Shown: piece after piece, positions 24,659-34,376 of the stretch
Position numbering within the stretch: position 1 is the stretch's first letter
Layout of the letters: each line of letters opens with the position of its first letter
Source of the DNA: a virus
Taxonomy: Duplodnaviria > Caudoviricetes
DNA: 64,000 nucleotides
Virus record (IMG/VR): IMGVR_UViG_3300047160_031539
Coordinates: 1-64,000 of that record
Direction: 5' to 3' (one strand)
Program-made: the position numbers and the translations under genes
The notes under the pieces: generated by a model
Databases searched by the model: none
What the model was told of the DNA's origin: nothing
The model's input: the letters and a program-made list of their open reading frames with translations, nothing else

Positions 24659-25317
24659 GACCCCCCGCCGCGAATTTCAGGTGGCGCAATTGCGCCACCT
24701 GAAGAAGTCGTCCAGAACGCCACGTTGCGCATGAGCCCGTGCCCCGACAGGTTGCCCTCGTACCAGACCTCCCGGGCCACGACGGCATGACCCCCGCGGC
24801 CGACCGCGGCCAGCAGCCGATCCTCGGTGACGTAGCAGTGGGGGTAGTCCCTGCCGTCATCGAGATCCTCGTCGAGGATCTGCACGTCGAAGGCAGCGTT
24901 TTCGCCCCTGGCCAACAAGTCGGCCAGGTGCTCGTCCAGGCCCTCCAGCGGGACGTGCTTGAGACAGGAGAAGCTCACGACCAGGTCGTGCGTGGCCCCG
25001 TCCCACGGCACGCCCGCGTCCGTGAAGGAGGCCCGCTCGAGGGGGAAGTCCAGGAACCTCTCCCGGGCCATCCGCAAGAGTGCCAGGGACGCCTCAACGC
25101 CGCTGTAGGTCAGGGAGGGGTGATTGAGGACCAGCGTCCGGGCCAGCAGACCCGAATGACAGCCCAGCTCCAGGACAGTACGGATGCCGGCCCGCGTGAT
25201 CCTCGGCCCGACGAACGCGGCGGCCTGCAGGTACTCGCGGTTGAGCAGCCAGCCGACCTCCTCGTCGGTGGCGTGACTGCCCTCGTCGAACCACTCGCCG
25301 ATCGTCTTTTTGCTCAC
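24655..25317 (-). CDS. Class I SAM-dependent methyltransferase
   Basis: VLELGCHSG, YSGVEAS, HDLVVSFSCLKHV. Confidence 0.85.
   Translation of the reverse strand: MSKKTIGEWFDEGSHATDEEVGWLLNREYLQAAAFVGPRITRAGIRTVLELGCHSGLLARTLVLNHPSLTYSGVEASLALLRMARERFLDFPLERASFTDAGVPWDGATHDLVVSFSCLKHVPLEGLDEHLADLLARGENAAFDVQILDEDLDDGRDYPHCYVTEDRLLAAVGRGGHAVVAREVWYEGNLSGHGLMRNVAFWTTSSGGAIAPPEIRGGGS
24678..24701. repeat. 24-bp palindrome copy 7 (exact; in 3' end of the methyltransferase ORF)
   Basis: Encodes SGGAIAPP in frame. Confidence 0.97.
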
Positions 25318-26486
25318 GCCTGGACCACCTCCAGCCGGGGCAACGCGAAGGCGATCTCGCCGCGGAAACCCGCCGAGCGTTCCCTCAGAATCAACTCGTC
25401 CCGGAAGTGGCCCAGGACGGTCAGGTACACGTCGGGCTCCAGGGCACGGGAGTCTTTCTCGGTCAGGATGGGAATGTTCGTCCCCGGGCAGCGGCGGCCG
25501 GCCTTCCGCGGGTCGCGGTCGCTGGCATACTCGACCAGACCCGGGTCCACGTCGGCGAACTGCAGGACGGTGTTGGCTTTCGAGCTGGCCCCCAGGAGGT
25601 GGACCCGCTTGCCCGCCCTGCTACAGCCCACGAGATACCTCAACAGTTCCCTGCGGTGCTGGCGGACCTGGGAGGCGAACCCCACCAGGTTGTAGTCAAG
25701 GCCCGGCGGCGGCACCCCCTGCCCACGCCTGCCGTAAACCCGGAGCGAGCCGCCGTTAGAGTCGTTGACGCTCGAAGAGACCGCCCGCATCCCGGCCAGG
25801 TCCAGACAAAAAGCCAGGCTCGGCAGGTCGTAGTAGCACAGGTGCTCGTGCAGGATGGAGTCGTAAGACAGGTTGGCGATCATCGCCGCCAGGTCGGCCA
25901 CCTCCACGCACCAGATGCCCTCGGGGGTCAGGCAGTCCCGGACGGCCGAGGCGAACTTCACCGGGTCGTCGGCGTCGTAGAGGCAGGCCACCGTGTAGAC
26001 CAGGTCGAAGGAGGGCCACTCCTTCGGCAGGGCGGCGGGGAAAAAACCCCGGACGCGGTTGACGGTCGGCGGGCACTCCACGTCGGCCGGGTCGATGCCG
26101 TAGCGGCCGCGGGCACAGGCCGGCGTGTGGGCCAGGAGCGTGCCGTCGTTGCAGCCCACGTCCAGCACCTTGCGGGCCGCCAGCGGGTCATCGGCGGTCA
26201 GGCCCCACGCCTCCCCGGCCAGGTTGCGGAGGTGCTGGTGCATCGTGGCACTGATGCCCGAGCGGTAGTAGTAGGAGCGGAACTGAAGCTCCGGATCGAC
26301 CGTGTGGCGGAGTTGCACCAGGTTGCACCCCGGGCACTGGCACAGGACCAGTGGGTAGGACGGCGGGTCGGGCTCGCCGGGCCCGGGGAACTGGCCGGCC
26401 AGCCGGTGGCGGCCGAGGTCCAACACGTCCTCCAGGCCGTCGGTGCCGCACAGACGGCAGGCGTCGGCCCGCTCGCAATCGGCCAT
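25314..26486 (-). CDS. NDP-sugar C-methyltransferase-like protein
   Basis: CRLCG..LDLG..PLVLC.C..CNLVQL...YYYRSG, VLDVGCNDGTLL, HEHLCYY, C-terminal GASSKANT. Confidence 0.9.
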   Translation of the reverse strand: MADCERADACRLCGTDGLEDVLDLGRHRLAGQFPGPGEPDPPSYPLVLCQCPGCNLVQLRHTVDPELQFRSYYYRSGISATMHQHLRNLAGEAWGLTADDPLAARKVLDVGCNDGTLLAHTPACARGRYGIDPADVECPPTVNRVRGFFPAALPKEWPSFDLVYTVACLYDADDPVKFASAVRDCLTPEGIWCVEVADLAAMIANLSYDSILHEHLCYYDLPSLAFCLDLAGMRAVSSSVNDSNGGSLRVYGRRGQGVPPPGLDYNLVGFASQVRQHRRELLRYLVGCSRAGKRVHLLGASSKANTVLQFADVDPGLVEYASDRDPRKAGRRCPGTNIPILTEKDSRALEPDVYLTVLGHFRDELILRERSAGFRGEIAFALPRLEVVQA

Positions 26487-26499
26487 CGTCACGCACCCC

Positions 26500-26812
26500 C
26501 TACTTGGCCTTGGGGATCGGCTTGTTGGCGAAATACTGCAGCTTGGTCTTCTTGCCGGCACGGAAGGCGTTCCAGGCCGTGATCGACTTGGCGTACTGGA
26601 CCCGGAAGGCCGACTCGGCCTTCTCCTTGCGGTCCTTGATGTCGCCCGATGCAGGGGCGGAACTCGCCGGCGGCCAGGATGCGGCGGTAGACCATGAGCC
26701 GCCGCTCCTTGATGCCCCGGTCGCCCGGGACCGGGTCCATCTCCACGAACTCCCGAACCAGTGCCAGGGTCACGCGGACGGTCTTGGGCTTCTCCACATA
26801 ACGGCGGGCCAT
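26500..26812 (-). pseudogene. Internally deleted or frameshifted gene (ParB-like N-terminus joined out of frame to a C-terminus)
   Basis: High-GC3 frame MARRY...AAGEFRP switches near 26655 to a different high-GC3 frame, SGDIKDRKEK...ITAWNAFRAGKKTKLQY...*. Confidence 0.6.
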
Positions 26813-26813
26813 C

Positions 26814-27677
26814 TCAGCACCTCCAGAAGGCGAGCACCCGGGCGGCCAGGTGACCCAGGTAGGCGTCCGGGGACCATTCATAACACGGCAGAGAGAAAGT
26901 CGGCAAGGCCAAGGGGTCGATGTTCTCCAGGCGGCCGAAGACGTAATAGCGGTCCTGGCGGTAGGTGTCCTCGTCGTCGATGACGATCACGGGACGGTTG
27001 AAAAAGCCGGCGTACCGCGGCGAGGTCGGCGAGCCGCCGCCGCCGCCCTTGGAGGTCGGCAGGACGAACAGGAAGTGGCTGACGGGGGCGAACATGTCTG
27101 CCAGATCCTCGACCCGGCTCTGCCAGGGGTAAGTGGCCACCTGGACACCTTCCTCGCAGCACCGGTCGATGTAATCGGCGTACTGGACGGCCAGCGTGTC
27201 GGGGCCGCAGGCGTAGAAAGACAACCCGTGCGACCTCGCCCATGCCCCCATCTCCCGGACGTGCTTCTTGGGCTCGACGTGCCCGAACGTGGCCAGGCAC
27301 GTCGGCAAGGTCGCGGCCGGCACCAGGGGGCCGAAGACGGGCATCCGCACCAGTTCGGGGCCGTAGACGTGATTGGCCTGCATTCCCGAGCGGGTCCAGA
27401 CGAAACTCGGGTAGTGGCCCGGCGTGGGCACGCAGTCGTTGTTGTGCAGGACGCCGAAGGGCTTACCGTCGGCGGCCAGGACGCACAGGTGCCGGTCGAT
27501 AAGTTCCCGCGGGTAGAGGTCGGACACCGTCACGGCCAGGTAAACGTCCGCCTCGCACGCCCGGGGGTGGGAGGCGATCACGACCTCGTGGACACTCGAG
27601 TGGCGGGCCAGCGTGCGCAGCCAGTTGCCGACCGCCTCGTAGACCCAGCCGCCCGGGTAAAGAAAAGCGACCTTCAC
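26814..27677 (-). CDS. Glycosyltransferase-like (GT-B) protein
   Basis: KVAFLYPGG; ATFGHVEPKK; located in the glycan cluster. Confidence 0.55.
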   Translation of the reverse strand: MKVAFLYPGGWVYEAVGNWLRTLARHSSVHEVVIASHPRACEADVYLAVTVSDLYPRELIDRHLCVLAADGKPFGVLHNNDCVPTPGHYPSFVWTRSGMQANHVYGPELVRMPVFGPLVPAATLPTCLATFGHVEPKKHVREMGAWARSHGLSFYACGPDTLAVQYADYIDRCCEEGVQVATYPWQSRVEDLADMFAPVSHFLFVLPTSKGGGGGSPTSPRYAGFFNRPVIVIDDEDTYRQDRYYVFGRLENIDPLALPTFSLPCYEWSPDAYLGHLAARVLAFWRC

Positions 27678-28360
27678 GGGTTCCTCCGCAACACCAGGGA
27701 GGCGAAGGTGTAATCGTAGACCCACGGCGAGAAGTGCGACCAGTCGGGCTCCCCACGCCAGCAACCGACGGCGTCGTAGGGCCGCCCCAGCCGGCCCAGG
27801 AGGGCCATCAGGGCCCGCAGAGAGGACTCGCTGTAGGTGCGCAGGTGCCCCCCCACCAGCCGCTTGCCGGTCGGGTGAAAGTCGGCCGTCAGAACCAGAA
27901 GACCCCCCGGCCTCACCTTCCCCAGGAGCCTGTCGGCGAAACCAAAGTCGTCCCCGACGTGCTCGATCACCGACAGGCAGGCCACCACGTCGTAAGGGCC
28001 CTCACGCCACGACTGCAAGTCCGAGTTGCCGAAGCGGATGTTCTGGCCGATCAGGGCCCCCTGTGCCGCCACCCGGGCTGCACAGTCTCCCGGGTCAATC
28101 TGGGTCACGTCCGCCCCACAGCGGGCGGCCGCGGGACTGAACAGGCCGCCGCCGCCGCCCACGTCCAGGACCGTCTGGGCGTCGGAACGGGTGCAACACC
28201 GCAGGGCCAGGGCGTACTCCCAGAAGCAGGACGGGTGCGGGATGCCGGGCGGGGCCGGTGCCAGGTGGGCCTTCATCCCGTACAGGAAACCCAGTTCGGG
28301 GTCCAGAAGGTTGAAGTCGGCCGGGTTGAGCAGCTTGGAGTAGGTCGGCAGGTCTCTCAC
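27674..28360 (-). CDS. SAM-dependent methyltransferase
   Basis: VLDVGGGGG, YDVVACLSVIEH. Confidence 0.85.
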   Translation of the reverse strand: MRDLPTYSKLLNPADFNLLDPELGFLYGMKAHLAPAPPGIPHPSCFWEYALALRCCTRSDAQTVLDVGGGGGLFSPAAARCGADVTQIDPGDCAARVAAQGALIGQNIRFGNSDLQSWREGPYDVVACLSVIEHVGDDFGFADRLLGKVRPGGLLVLTADFHPTGKRLVGGHLRTYSESSLRALMALLGRLGRPYDAVGCWRGEPDWSHFSPWVYDYTFASLVLRRNP

Positions 28361-29049
28361 AACTCCCTCTGGAGAACGAGCGAGGCAAAAGTGTAATCGC
28401 AGACTTCCGGCGTGAAACCGGACCAGTCCGGCGGGTGAGGCCACCACGAGACCGTGCCCAGCCGCCCCAAATCCCAGTCCGTACCGAAGGGCCTGACCAG
28501 TTCCTCCAGGCGGGCCTCGTTGTAGGTCCGCAGGTGCCCCGTCACCCGGGGCTGGCCGGACGGGTGGAAGTCGGTCGTCAGGACGATCAGGCCCCCGACC
28601 CGCGTCCTCCGCAGCAACTCCTCGAGGAACGCAACATCATCGGGCGTGTGCTCGATCACGCTCACGGAGGCCACCACGTCGTACTCTTCCGGTGAATGCT
28701 CGTGGAGATAACACTGCCTGAACGCCATGGGCCGGCCCACGCGGGCGGCCTGGGCGGCCACCAGGGGGCCGAAGTGCCCGGGGTCAATCTGGGTCACTTC
28801 CAGGCCGCAGCGGGCCGCCGCGGGGCTCAGGAGGCCGCCGCCGCCGCCAACGTCCAGAAAGGTCCCGGCCCCCGACCGCAGGGCACACCGCAGGGCCAGG
28901 GCGTACTCCCAGTAACGGTTGGGGTGCGGCACGTCCGGCGGGCAGGGGCTCAGGTGGGCGTTCATGCCGTAGAGGAAGCCCAACTCGGGGTCGAGGAAGT
29001 CGTAGTCCCCCGGCCGGAGCACCCTGGAATAGGTCGGCAAGTCTCTCAC
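28357..29049 (-). CDS. SAM-dependent methyltransferase (close paralog of 27674-28360)
   Basis: FLDVGGGGG, YDVVASVSVIEH; near-identical N- and C-termini. Confidence 0.85.
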   Translation of the reverse strand: MRDLPTYSRVLRPGDYDFLDPELGFLYGMNAHLSPCPPDVPHPNRYWEYALALRCALRSGAGTFLDVGGGGGLLSPAAARCGLEVTQIDPGHFGPLVAAQAARVGRPMAFRQCYLHEHSPEEYDVVASVSVIEHTPDDVAFLEELLRRTRVGGLIVLTTDFHPSGQPRVTGHLRTYNEARLEELVRPFGTDWDLGRLGTVSWWPHPPDWSGFTPEVCDYTFASLVLQREL

Positions 29050-29061
29050 GGTCGGTCCCTC

Positions 29062-29085
29062 CCGGTGGCGCAAATGCGCCACCTG
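29062..29085. repeat. 24-bp palindrome copy 8 (variant CCGGTGGCGCAAATGCGCCACCTG)
   Basis: 4 nt after stop at 29090; followed by SD GGAGG. Confidence 0.9.
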
Positions 29086-29089
29086 ACAC

Positions 29090-29866
29090 TCAACCGGGCT
29101 CGGAAGCCAGGTAGTCCTTCAGCCGTTCGTAGTCGGCCGCCGAGACGACCGACGGCACGTCGTGCCGCCTGGGCATCCGGGACCGCCACCGCCGGTACTG
29201 GGCGTAGTCGTGCGTGTGGATGTAGTGCCGCGGATTACCCGTCTGGTACTGGTTGACCGACACCTTGCCCGCCAGGAGGCTGGCCAGGTAGTGCTCAAGC
29301 CCCGGATAGCCCCTGACCGCCCCCACGTCGAAGACGCCCGCCAGGGCGGCCGTCCTGGAGGCAAAAAAGGCCGTGTTGACCGAGTCGGACCAGCGGAAGC
29401 CGGAATAGTCGGCCCCGGCGTCCAGGTCGGCCAGCATCGCCCGCACCGAACCGGGCCAGGGGATGATGTCCTCGGCCGTGTGGACGTAGTAAGGGTAGCC
29501 CCAGTAACCGGCACACTCCAGCCCCTGCCGCAGGGTGATGGACGCCCCGATCTGGTGGTCGGCGTCCTCGGGGCTGGCCAGGACCGTGACCCGCTTCATC
29601 ACCTCCCAGAGCAGGTCCCGCTCGGCACCCGTGGGGACCTGGAGGATCGGCAAAAGGGCCGAGGCCGTCACCACTACCCGTGCCTCCCGGCGGTCGGGGT
29701 GACGGCCCAGGCCACGGGCGATCCCCTGGTAAAGGCTCACCGCCTCCAGAAGCCACTCCATGTGGTCCTTGGCGCCGACCATGACGGCGCCGGGGGAGCC
29801 GGCCACCGCCCCCTTGGCGTGCGAACCACACCAGGAAATCCCCACGAGTACGGCGGGCAGAGGCAT
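29090..29866 (-). CDS. Putative glycosyltransferase-like protein
   Basis: HQIGASITLRQGLECA...HTAED; paralog of 30633-31319; cluster context. Confidence 0.5.
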   Translation of the reverse strand: MPLPAVLVGISWCGSHAKGAVAGSPGAVMVGAKDHMEWLLEAVSLYQGIARGLGRHPDRREARVVVTASALLPILQVPTGAERDLLWEVMKRVTVLASPEDADHQIGASITLRQGLECAGYWGYPYYVHTAEDIIPWPGSVRAMLADLDAGADYSGFRWSDSVNTAFFASRTAALAGVFDVGAVRGYPGLEHYLASLLAGKVSVNQYQTGNPRHYIHTHDYAQYRRWRSRMPRRHDVPSVVSAADYERLKDYLASEPG

Positions 29867-29874
29867 CGGGGTCC

Positions 29875-30636
29875 TCAGCCGAGACGGTTCAGGCAGTCCA
29901 CGACCTCGGCGGCCGTGGGGTTGACGAGGTAGTGGTTCAGGGGCGAGCGGACGAAGTGCCGCGAGTCACCGCCGCCGGAGTGGACGCACAGCCGCGTGAG
30001 ATAAAACCCGTTGGCGCAGACCAGGTGACTGGTCGAGCCGCCAACGAAACCCAGTGAGCCGGCGATCAGGGAACACTCCTGGAGGTAGTCACAGCCGGTG
30101 CGGTCGATGACCCTGTCCGTCGAGACCCTCTCGCCGGCCGCCCCGACCTGCACCACCGGGTGGCGGCAAGACTCCACCAACTCAACGTGCCCGGCGGCCG
30201 ACAGGTCGCAGCCGGCCAGGACGACGTAGCCGGGCCTCACGTAAAGGGGCGAGTCGGGTCCCAGAAGCGGGCAGTCGTAGTGAATCGGCAAGCCCCCGGG
30301 CAGGCCGACCGAGGCCGCGATATAGTCCGGCAGGGGGCGATCCGGGGTCGAGCGGTAGCCCAGGTGGAAGACGGCGTCGTAGCCGTCTTCCGGCACCGGC
30401 ATCTGCCACGGCTGGACACCACAGCCGGCGTGCTCCATGCGGTACCCGGGGCTGACGACGAACCGGCGGACGAAGGACTGGTAGCCGATCAGGGGCCCGA
30501 GGTTGCGGCAGTGCTCCGAGGTATAGAAGTCGCAGCGGGCCGCCCGGTCGTAGCAGAGCCTCCGGGCCGCCGGCAAGGCGTAGAGACAGTCACCCCGCTT
30601 GCCGGGGTGCGTGACGGCGATGACCCTCTCGCTCAC
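29875..30636 (-). CDS. GT9 (heptosyltransferase-like) glycosyltransferase
   Basis: HPGKRGDCLYALPA, VVQVG, DRTG, FVGGST..L. Confidence 0.7.
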   Translation of the reverse strand: MSERVIAVTHPGKRGDCLYALPAARRLCYDRAARCDFYTSEHCRNLGPLIGYQSFVRRFVVSPGYRMEHAGCGVQPWQMPVPEDGYDAVFHLGYRSTPDRPLPDYIAASVGLPGGLPIHYDCPLLGPDSPLYVRPGYVVLAGCDLSAAGHVELVESCRHPVVQVGAAGERVSTDRVIDRTGCDYLQECSLIAGSLGFVGGSTSHLVCANGFYLTRLCVHSGGGDSRHFVRSPLNHYLVNPTAAEVVDCLNRLG

Positions 30637-31319
30637 AGGCCAACCTCCTTGCACCACCGCCGCCACTCCGGCCAGTCATGCGTGTGCCGGTAGAGGCGGC
30701 CCAACTCCAGCCGTGCCACTGCCCGACCCTCCAGGAGCTGCCCCAGATAACGCTCCAGGCAGGGACCCGACCCGTCCTGCCAGACGGCACAGGGGTCAAA
30801 GAGGCCGGCCAGGCGGCCGACCTGGCAGCCGAAAAACTGGGCGTTGACCTGGCCCGGCGACCACGCCTGGCCCACGTACTCGTAACCCCCGACCGTCAGG
30901 TGCTCCAGCATGGTGGCAACGGCATCGGGTGTCGGGAAAATATCCTCACAAGTGTGAATCAGACAGTCGTAGCCCAGCTTGCCCGCACACTCCAGGCCCA
31001 GCCGGATCGTCCAGGCCGCCCCCTGCTGGTGGCCGGGGTTCTGGGCCATCGTCACGAACCGCGACCACCTGAACGCCTCCCAGTACCAGTCCCGCTCCAG
31101 GTTGTTCTGCTGCACGTCCACGTCCGGCCAGCCCGGCCAGCCCGTGATCGAGACGAAGAAGTGCCGCGGGGACAGACCAGGGCAGCGGAAGCGGTAAAGC
31201 TCCAGGGCCGAACACAGCCAGCGGGCGTGGTCCTCGCCCCGCATCTGGTTGGCCCAGTCGCCGCCGCGGTAGTGCTCGGCACAGTGCCCAAAGTTGATCG
31301 CCACCTTGGTGTTGGTCAT
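30633..31319 (-). CDS. Putative glycosyltransferase-like protein
   Basis: HQQGAAWTIRLGLECA...HTCED; paralog of 29090-29866. Confidence 0.5.
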   Translation of the reverse strand: MTNTKVAINFGHCAEHYRGGDWANQMRGEDHARWLCSALELYRFRCPGLSPRHFFVSITGWPGWPDVDVQQNNLERDWYWEAFRWSRFVTMAQNPGHQQGAAWTIRLGLECAGKLGYDCLIHTCEDIFPTPDAVATMLEHLTVGGYEYVGQAWSPGQVNAQFFGCQVGRLAGLFDPCAVWQDGSGPCLERYLGQLLEGRAVARLELGRLYRHTHDWPEWRRWCKEVGL

Positions 31320-31320
31320 T

Positions 31321-31560
31321 TTACCCTCGTTTTGGCCTGTGCCTCGGCCGACCCGACTTCTTCGGGGCCCTGTTCGGCGTCTGCGTCTGCGCCTGCACCT
31401 GCGCCTTGATGTCGAGCAATGCCCTGTCCATGCAGTCGTAAAGATACTTGATCATATGGTCGGCGATCCCTCTGAACCCCTGGGCACAGAACCGCTCGTG
31501 CGTGCGGATAATCAGGCCAGCCAGGGCGTCCGCACCATAGTCTTTGGCTTCTTGGTCCAC
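31321..31560 (-). CDS. Hypothetical protein (79 aa)
   Basis: SD GGAGG, GTG start. Confidence 0.65.
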   Translation of the reverse strand: MDQEAKDYGADALAGLIIRTHERFCAQGFRGIADHMIKYLYDCMDRALLDIKAQVQAQTQTPNRAPKKSGRPRHRPKRG

Positions 31561-31578
31561 GGAAACCTCCCTTCATGC

Positions 31579-31602
31579 CAGGTGGCGCAATTGCGCCACC
31601 TG
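31579..31602. repeat. 24-bp palindrome copy 9 (exact)
   Basis: Intergenic. Confidence 0.97.
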
Positions 31603-31619
31603 AAGCTCTAGCCCAGCTT

Positions 31620-31913
31620 TCATTTCTCAATCTCCCTGTAAAGGTGCTCCAGGCCAAAGGCCCGGATCATCGTGTCCACCGCCGACCGCCGCAGGAAATG
31701 CGTCCGGTCGGGCCCATCGTCCTCCTCGTTCCTCCCCTCAAGGTCCAGGACGATGGCCTTGTGGAAGTTGTGGGCGGCCATGAAGCCGTCGATATACGCC
31801 ATCCCCTCGGGGTTCCTCCCCAGGTACTCACTGATGAACTCCTCGTAGCAGGCGATCAGGCGTCCGGTCAATTCCTCGACCACCCCCCGGTCAGCCGCAA
31901 CAACCTTATCCAC
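31620..31913 (-). CDS. Hypothetical protein (97 aa)
   Basis: SD AGGAGG; coupled. Confidence 0.7.
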   Translation of the reverse strand: MDKVVAADRGVVEELTGRLIACYEEFISEYLGRNPEGMAYIDGFMAAHNFHKAIVLDLEGRNEEDDGPDRTHFLRRSAVDTMIRAFGLEHLYREIEK

Positions 31914-32259
31914 TCGCCACCTCCTTTAACTCCTGCAGGCCGACCTCGAAGTCGGTCAACTCCTCCGTCCAGAACGACCACTCCCAGACTTGCCCCCCGT
32001 GCCACTTCACGCAGCACAGGCTCACCACCCTCGCCGGCCCCCCGTCCAGGCCGTACAGCACTTTTCCCGTCTCCCCGAGGGCCGCCTTGACCGGGTCCAC
32101 GCGGTCAGCCGGCATGTCAAACAGCACCGTCCAGTTCCGACGCGAACGGCCAGAAAAAACCACCGGGGAGTCGCCGTAACACATCGGCCCGGCGGTCAGC
32201 TGCAGCCGCAGGCCGCCGTACTCGACGAATTGCGGGCCCTTCTTCTTCACCCGAACCAC
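31906..32259 (-). CDS. Hypothetical protein (117 aa)
   Basis: Overlaps both neighbours. Confidence 0.6.
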   Translation of the reverse strand: MVRVKKKGPQFVEYGGLRLQLTAGPMCYGDSPVVFSGRSRRNWTVLFDMPADRVDPVKAALGETGKVLYGLDGGPARVVSLCCVKWHGGQVWEWSFWTEELTDFEVGLQELKEVASG

Positions 32260-34145
32260 CCCCTCGCCTCCATCAGGGCGATGACCTCGTCCGGCTTCTC
32301 CCGGAGGTACAGGAGCGGCAGATAGTTGCCCTTGGACGTGAACGCCGGGTTGGTCCAGGCCGAGGCCATCCGCTCGTCGAAGGCGACCAGCCGCTTGGGG
32401 TGAATGCTGTTACCGTCGGGCCGCCACCACATCGCCACCCGCTTGCCCAGGTAGTGGGCGAAGATCCCCAGACCGCACTGGTAGCTGACGAAGAACTGGG
32501 ACCGCCGCAGGAGGGCCATCGTCTCGCCAATCTCAAATTTCCCGATCAGGTTGTAACAGGAGACCCCGGCCTCCTCCATGCCCCTCTTGACGTAGTGGTC
32601 CCAGTAGGACATGTCGTAAGGGGCCCCGACCAGGACGATCTTGAGGTCGCGGGCGGAAACGGACTTGGCCAGCGTGACCCAGTCCTTGGGCTCCCACAGG
32701 AAGCCGCGGTTGTGGCCTTCGTCCACATTTCCCGATTCGGGGCCCAAATAGAAAGCGACGAAAGGAGAGAGGGCCCGGCCGACCTCGTCGCCCCGCTCGG
32801 TGCCCGACCAGTCGAAGTCGTCCACCACGGACCAGTCGATCGGGTGCTCGGGCAGCCACTCCTCCAGCCGCCGGCCGTCCTCCAGCACCTTGTTGGGCAC
32901 CAGGTAGTGAAAGCCGTTGTGCTCGCCGTCGGACAGGTAACGCCAGCGACCCTTTTCGTCGTTCTTCTTCTCGTCCTCCTCGTAGCCGGCGTCCAGGACG
33001 GGCACGTCCAGGACTGTGGCGGACCTGACGAAGGGGAAGCGTTTGACGAAGGGGATGGCCCGGCGGTCGATCTCCCGGCGCATGTCGCCGCACAGGACCA
33101 GGTCGATGGCCCCCCCGGCGGCCACGGCCTTGATCTTGTGCAGGACCCAGAGGATGTCGCCGATGCCGTTGGGCACGGCGTAGGCCACTCCGGCACCCTT
33201 GGGCCGCTCGAAGCGGAGGACCTCCGAGAGCCACTCGCGGGCGGCGTCCACCATGCCGCCGTCGCCCCGGTAGACGCGGAAGCGGTAGTGGGCCTCGAAG
33301 AAGGAGGCCACCTGGTTGTCCTCGCAGGGCGGCACCGAACGCCAGTCGGCCGGGACCAGGTGCATCGTCGTCGGGCACGGGTCGTGGAACTGCACCGGGC
33401 TGTGGTCCCTCCAGATGGAGAGGGAGGGCGTGCCGGTCGCACTGGCACACTTGCCGGGGCCCGAGTCGATACCCACGAACGCCTCGGCCATGTGGATCAG
33501 GGCCGCGATCGTCTCGGCGTCGCCGCTGCCGAACTCCCCCCAGATGTCGCCCTTGCCGACCGGGGGACGGAAGACTCGCTTGTTGTCGGCCAGGGGGGAG
33601 CGGCCGTCCCAGTCCAGGAGGACCGGCACCCGGCCGGCGGCCAGGGCGTGGTCGATCAGCACCTTGGCCTGCCAGTGGGACAGGTTCTTCTTCCAGGTCG
33701 AGGTGTTGCCCTCGTAGTGGATGACGAAGGCGTTGTACTTCTCCGCCGCGACCTCCCTGCAGCCGATGGACCGCAGGTAGTTGGCCACCTTCCCCCGGCA
33801 GTCGCCCGACAGCTTGATCTCGTAGCGGGCCAGCTCCCGGTCCCAGCCCAGGCCAAAGACCTCCTGCAGGCAGTTGGTGATCTTGGAGTTGGGCCGGTCG
33901 CCGAAGTGCAGGTAGTTCTCGTACCAGCCGATGTCGGCAACCGTGTCGTAGAGCTTGTGCGGTGGCTCGGGCTCCTGGTCGTGCCACACGGCGTTGCAGA
34001 AGCCGCGGAGGGCCGAGTGCTTGCCCCGGCCGCAGCGGACGTCGATCTGCCAGTCGGGGCGGTGCTTTTTCAGGTGCTTGAGCACCACAACGAACTGCAC
34101 CACGTCGCCCAGCCCGTGGCTGAAACGCAGGAGAATCTTGGCCAC
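32247..34145 (-). CDS. Two-domain GT9 glycosyltransferase
   Basis: HGLGDVVQF...FVGIDSGP.. and a second NGIGDILW...LIGK...QCGL..A module. Confidence 0.82.
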   Translation of the reverse strand: MAKILLRFSHGLGDVVQFVVVLKHLKKHRPDWQIDVRCGRGKHSALRGFCNAVWHDQEPEPPHKLYDTVADIGWYENYLHFGDRPNSKITNCLQEVFGLGWDRELARYEIKLSGDCRGKVANYLRSIGCREVAAEKYNAFVIHYEGNTSTWKKNLSHWQAKVLIDHALAAGRVPVLLDWDGRSPLADNKRVFRPPVGKGDIWGEFGSGDAETIAALIHMAEAFVGIDSGPGKCASATGTPSLSIWRDHSPVQFHDPCPTTMHLVPADWRSVPPCEDNQVASFFEAHYRFRVYRGDGGMVDAAREWLSEVLRFERPKGAGVAYAVPNGIGDILWVLHKIKAVAAGGAIDLVLCGDMRREIDRRAIPFVKRFPFVRSATVLDVPVLDAGYEEDEKKNDEKGRWRYLSDGEHNGFHYLVPNKVLEDGRRLEEWLPEHPIDWSVVDDFDWSGTERGDEVGRALSPFVAFYLGPESGNVDEGHNRGFLWEPKDWVTLAKSVSARDLKIVLVGAPYDMSYWDHYVKRGMEEAGVSCYNLIGKFEIGETMALLRRSQFFVSYQCGLGIFAHYLGKRVAMWWRPDGNSIHPKRLVAFDERMASAWTNPAFTSKGNYLPLLYLREKPDEVIALMEARGWFG

Positions 34146-34376
34146 CTACCCCTCCCTGTACGTCGCTATCTCGCGAACGTCCCGGTTCAGAAGCCACTCC
34201 AGGCAGCACGCACACCCCACCAGCTCCTCGCGACGAGTCACCTCAAAGGTGAAAGCAAGTCGCCCACAGGCGACCACACACTCCCCGTTGGCGCTCCCGC
34301 CGCCGTCGGCGTCCCGCAGGAAGTAATGCCACTTCGAGAACGAAGCTGAACTACTCGACGTACTCGACGTGCTCAT
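34146..34376 (-). CDS. Small Cys-containing hypothetical protein
   Basis: Fills the gap; start uncertain because the ATG overlaps the -10 box. Confidence 0.45.
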   Translation of the reverse strand: MSTSSTSSSSASFSKWHYFLRDADGGGSANGECVVACGRLAFTFEVTRREELVGCACCLEWLLNRDVREIATYREG

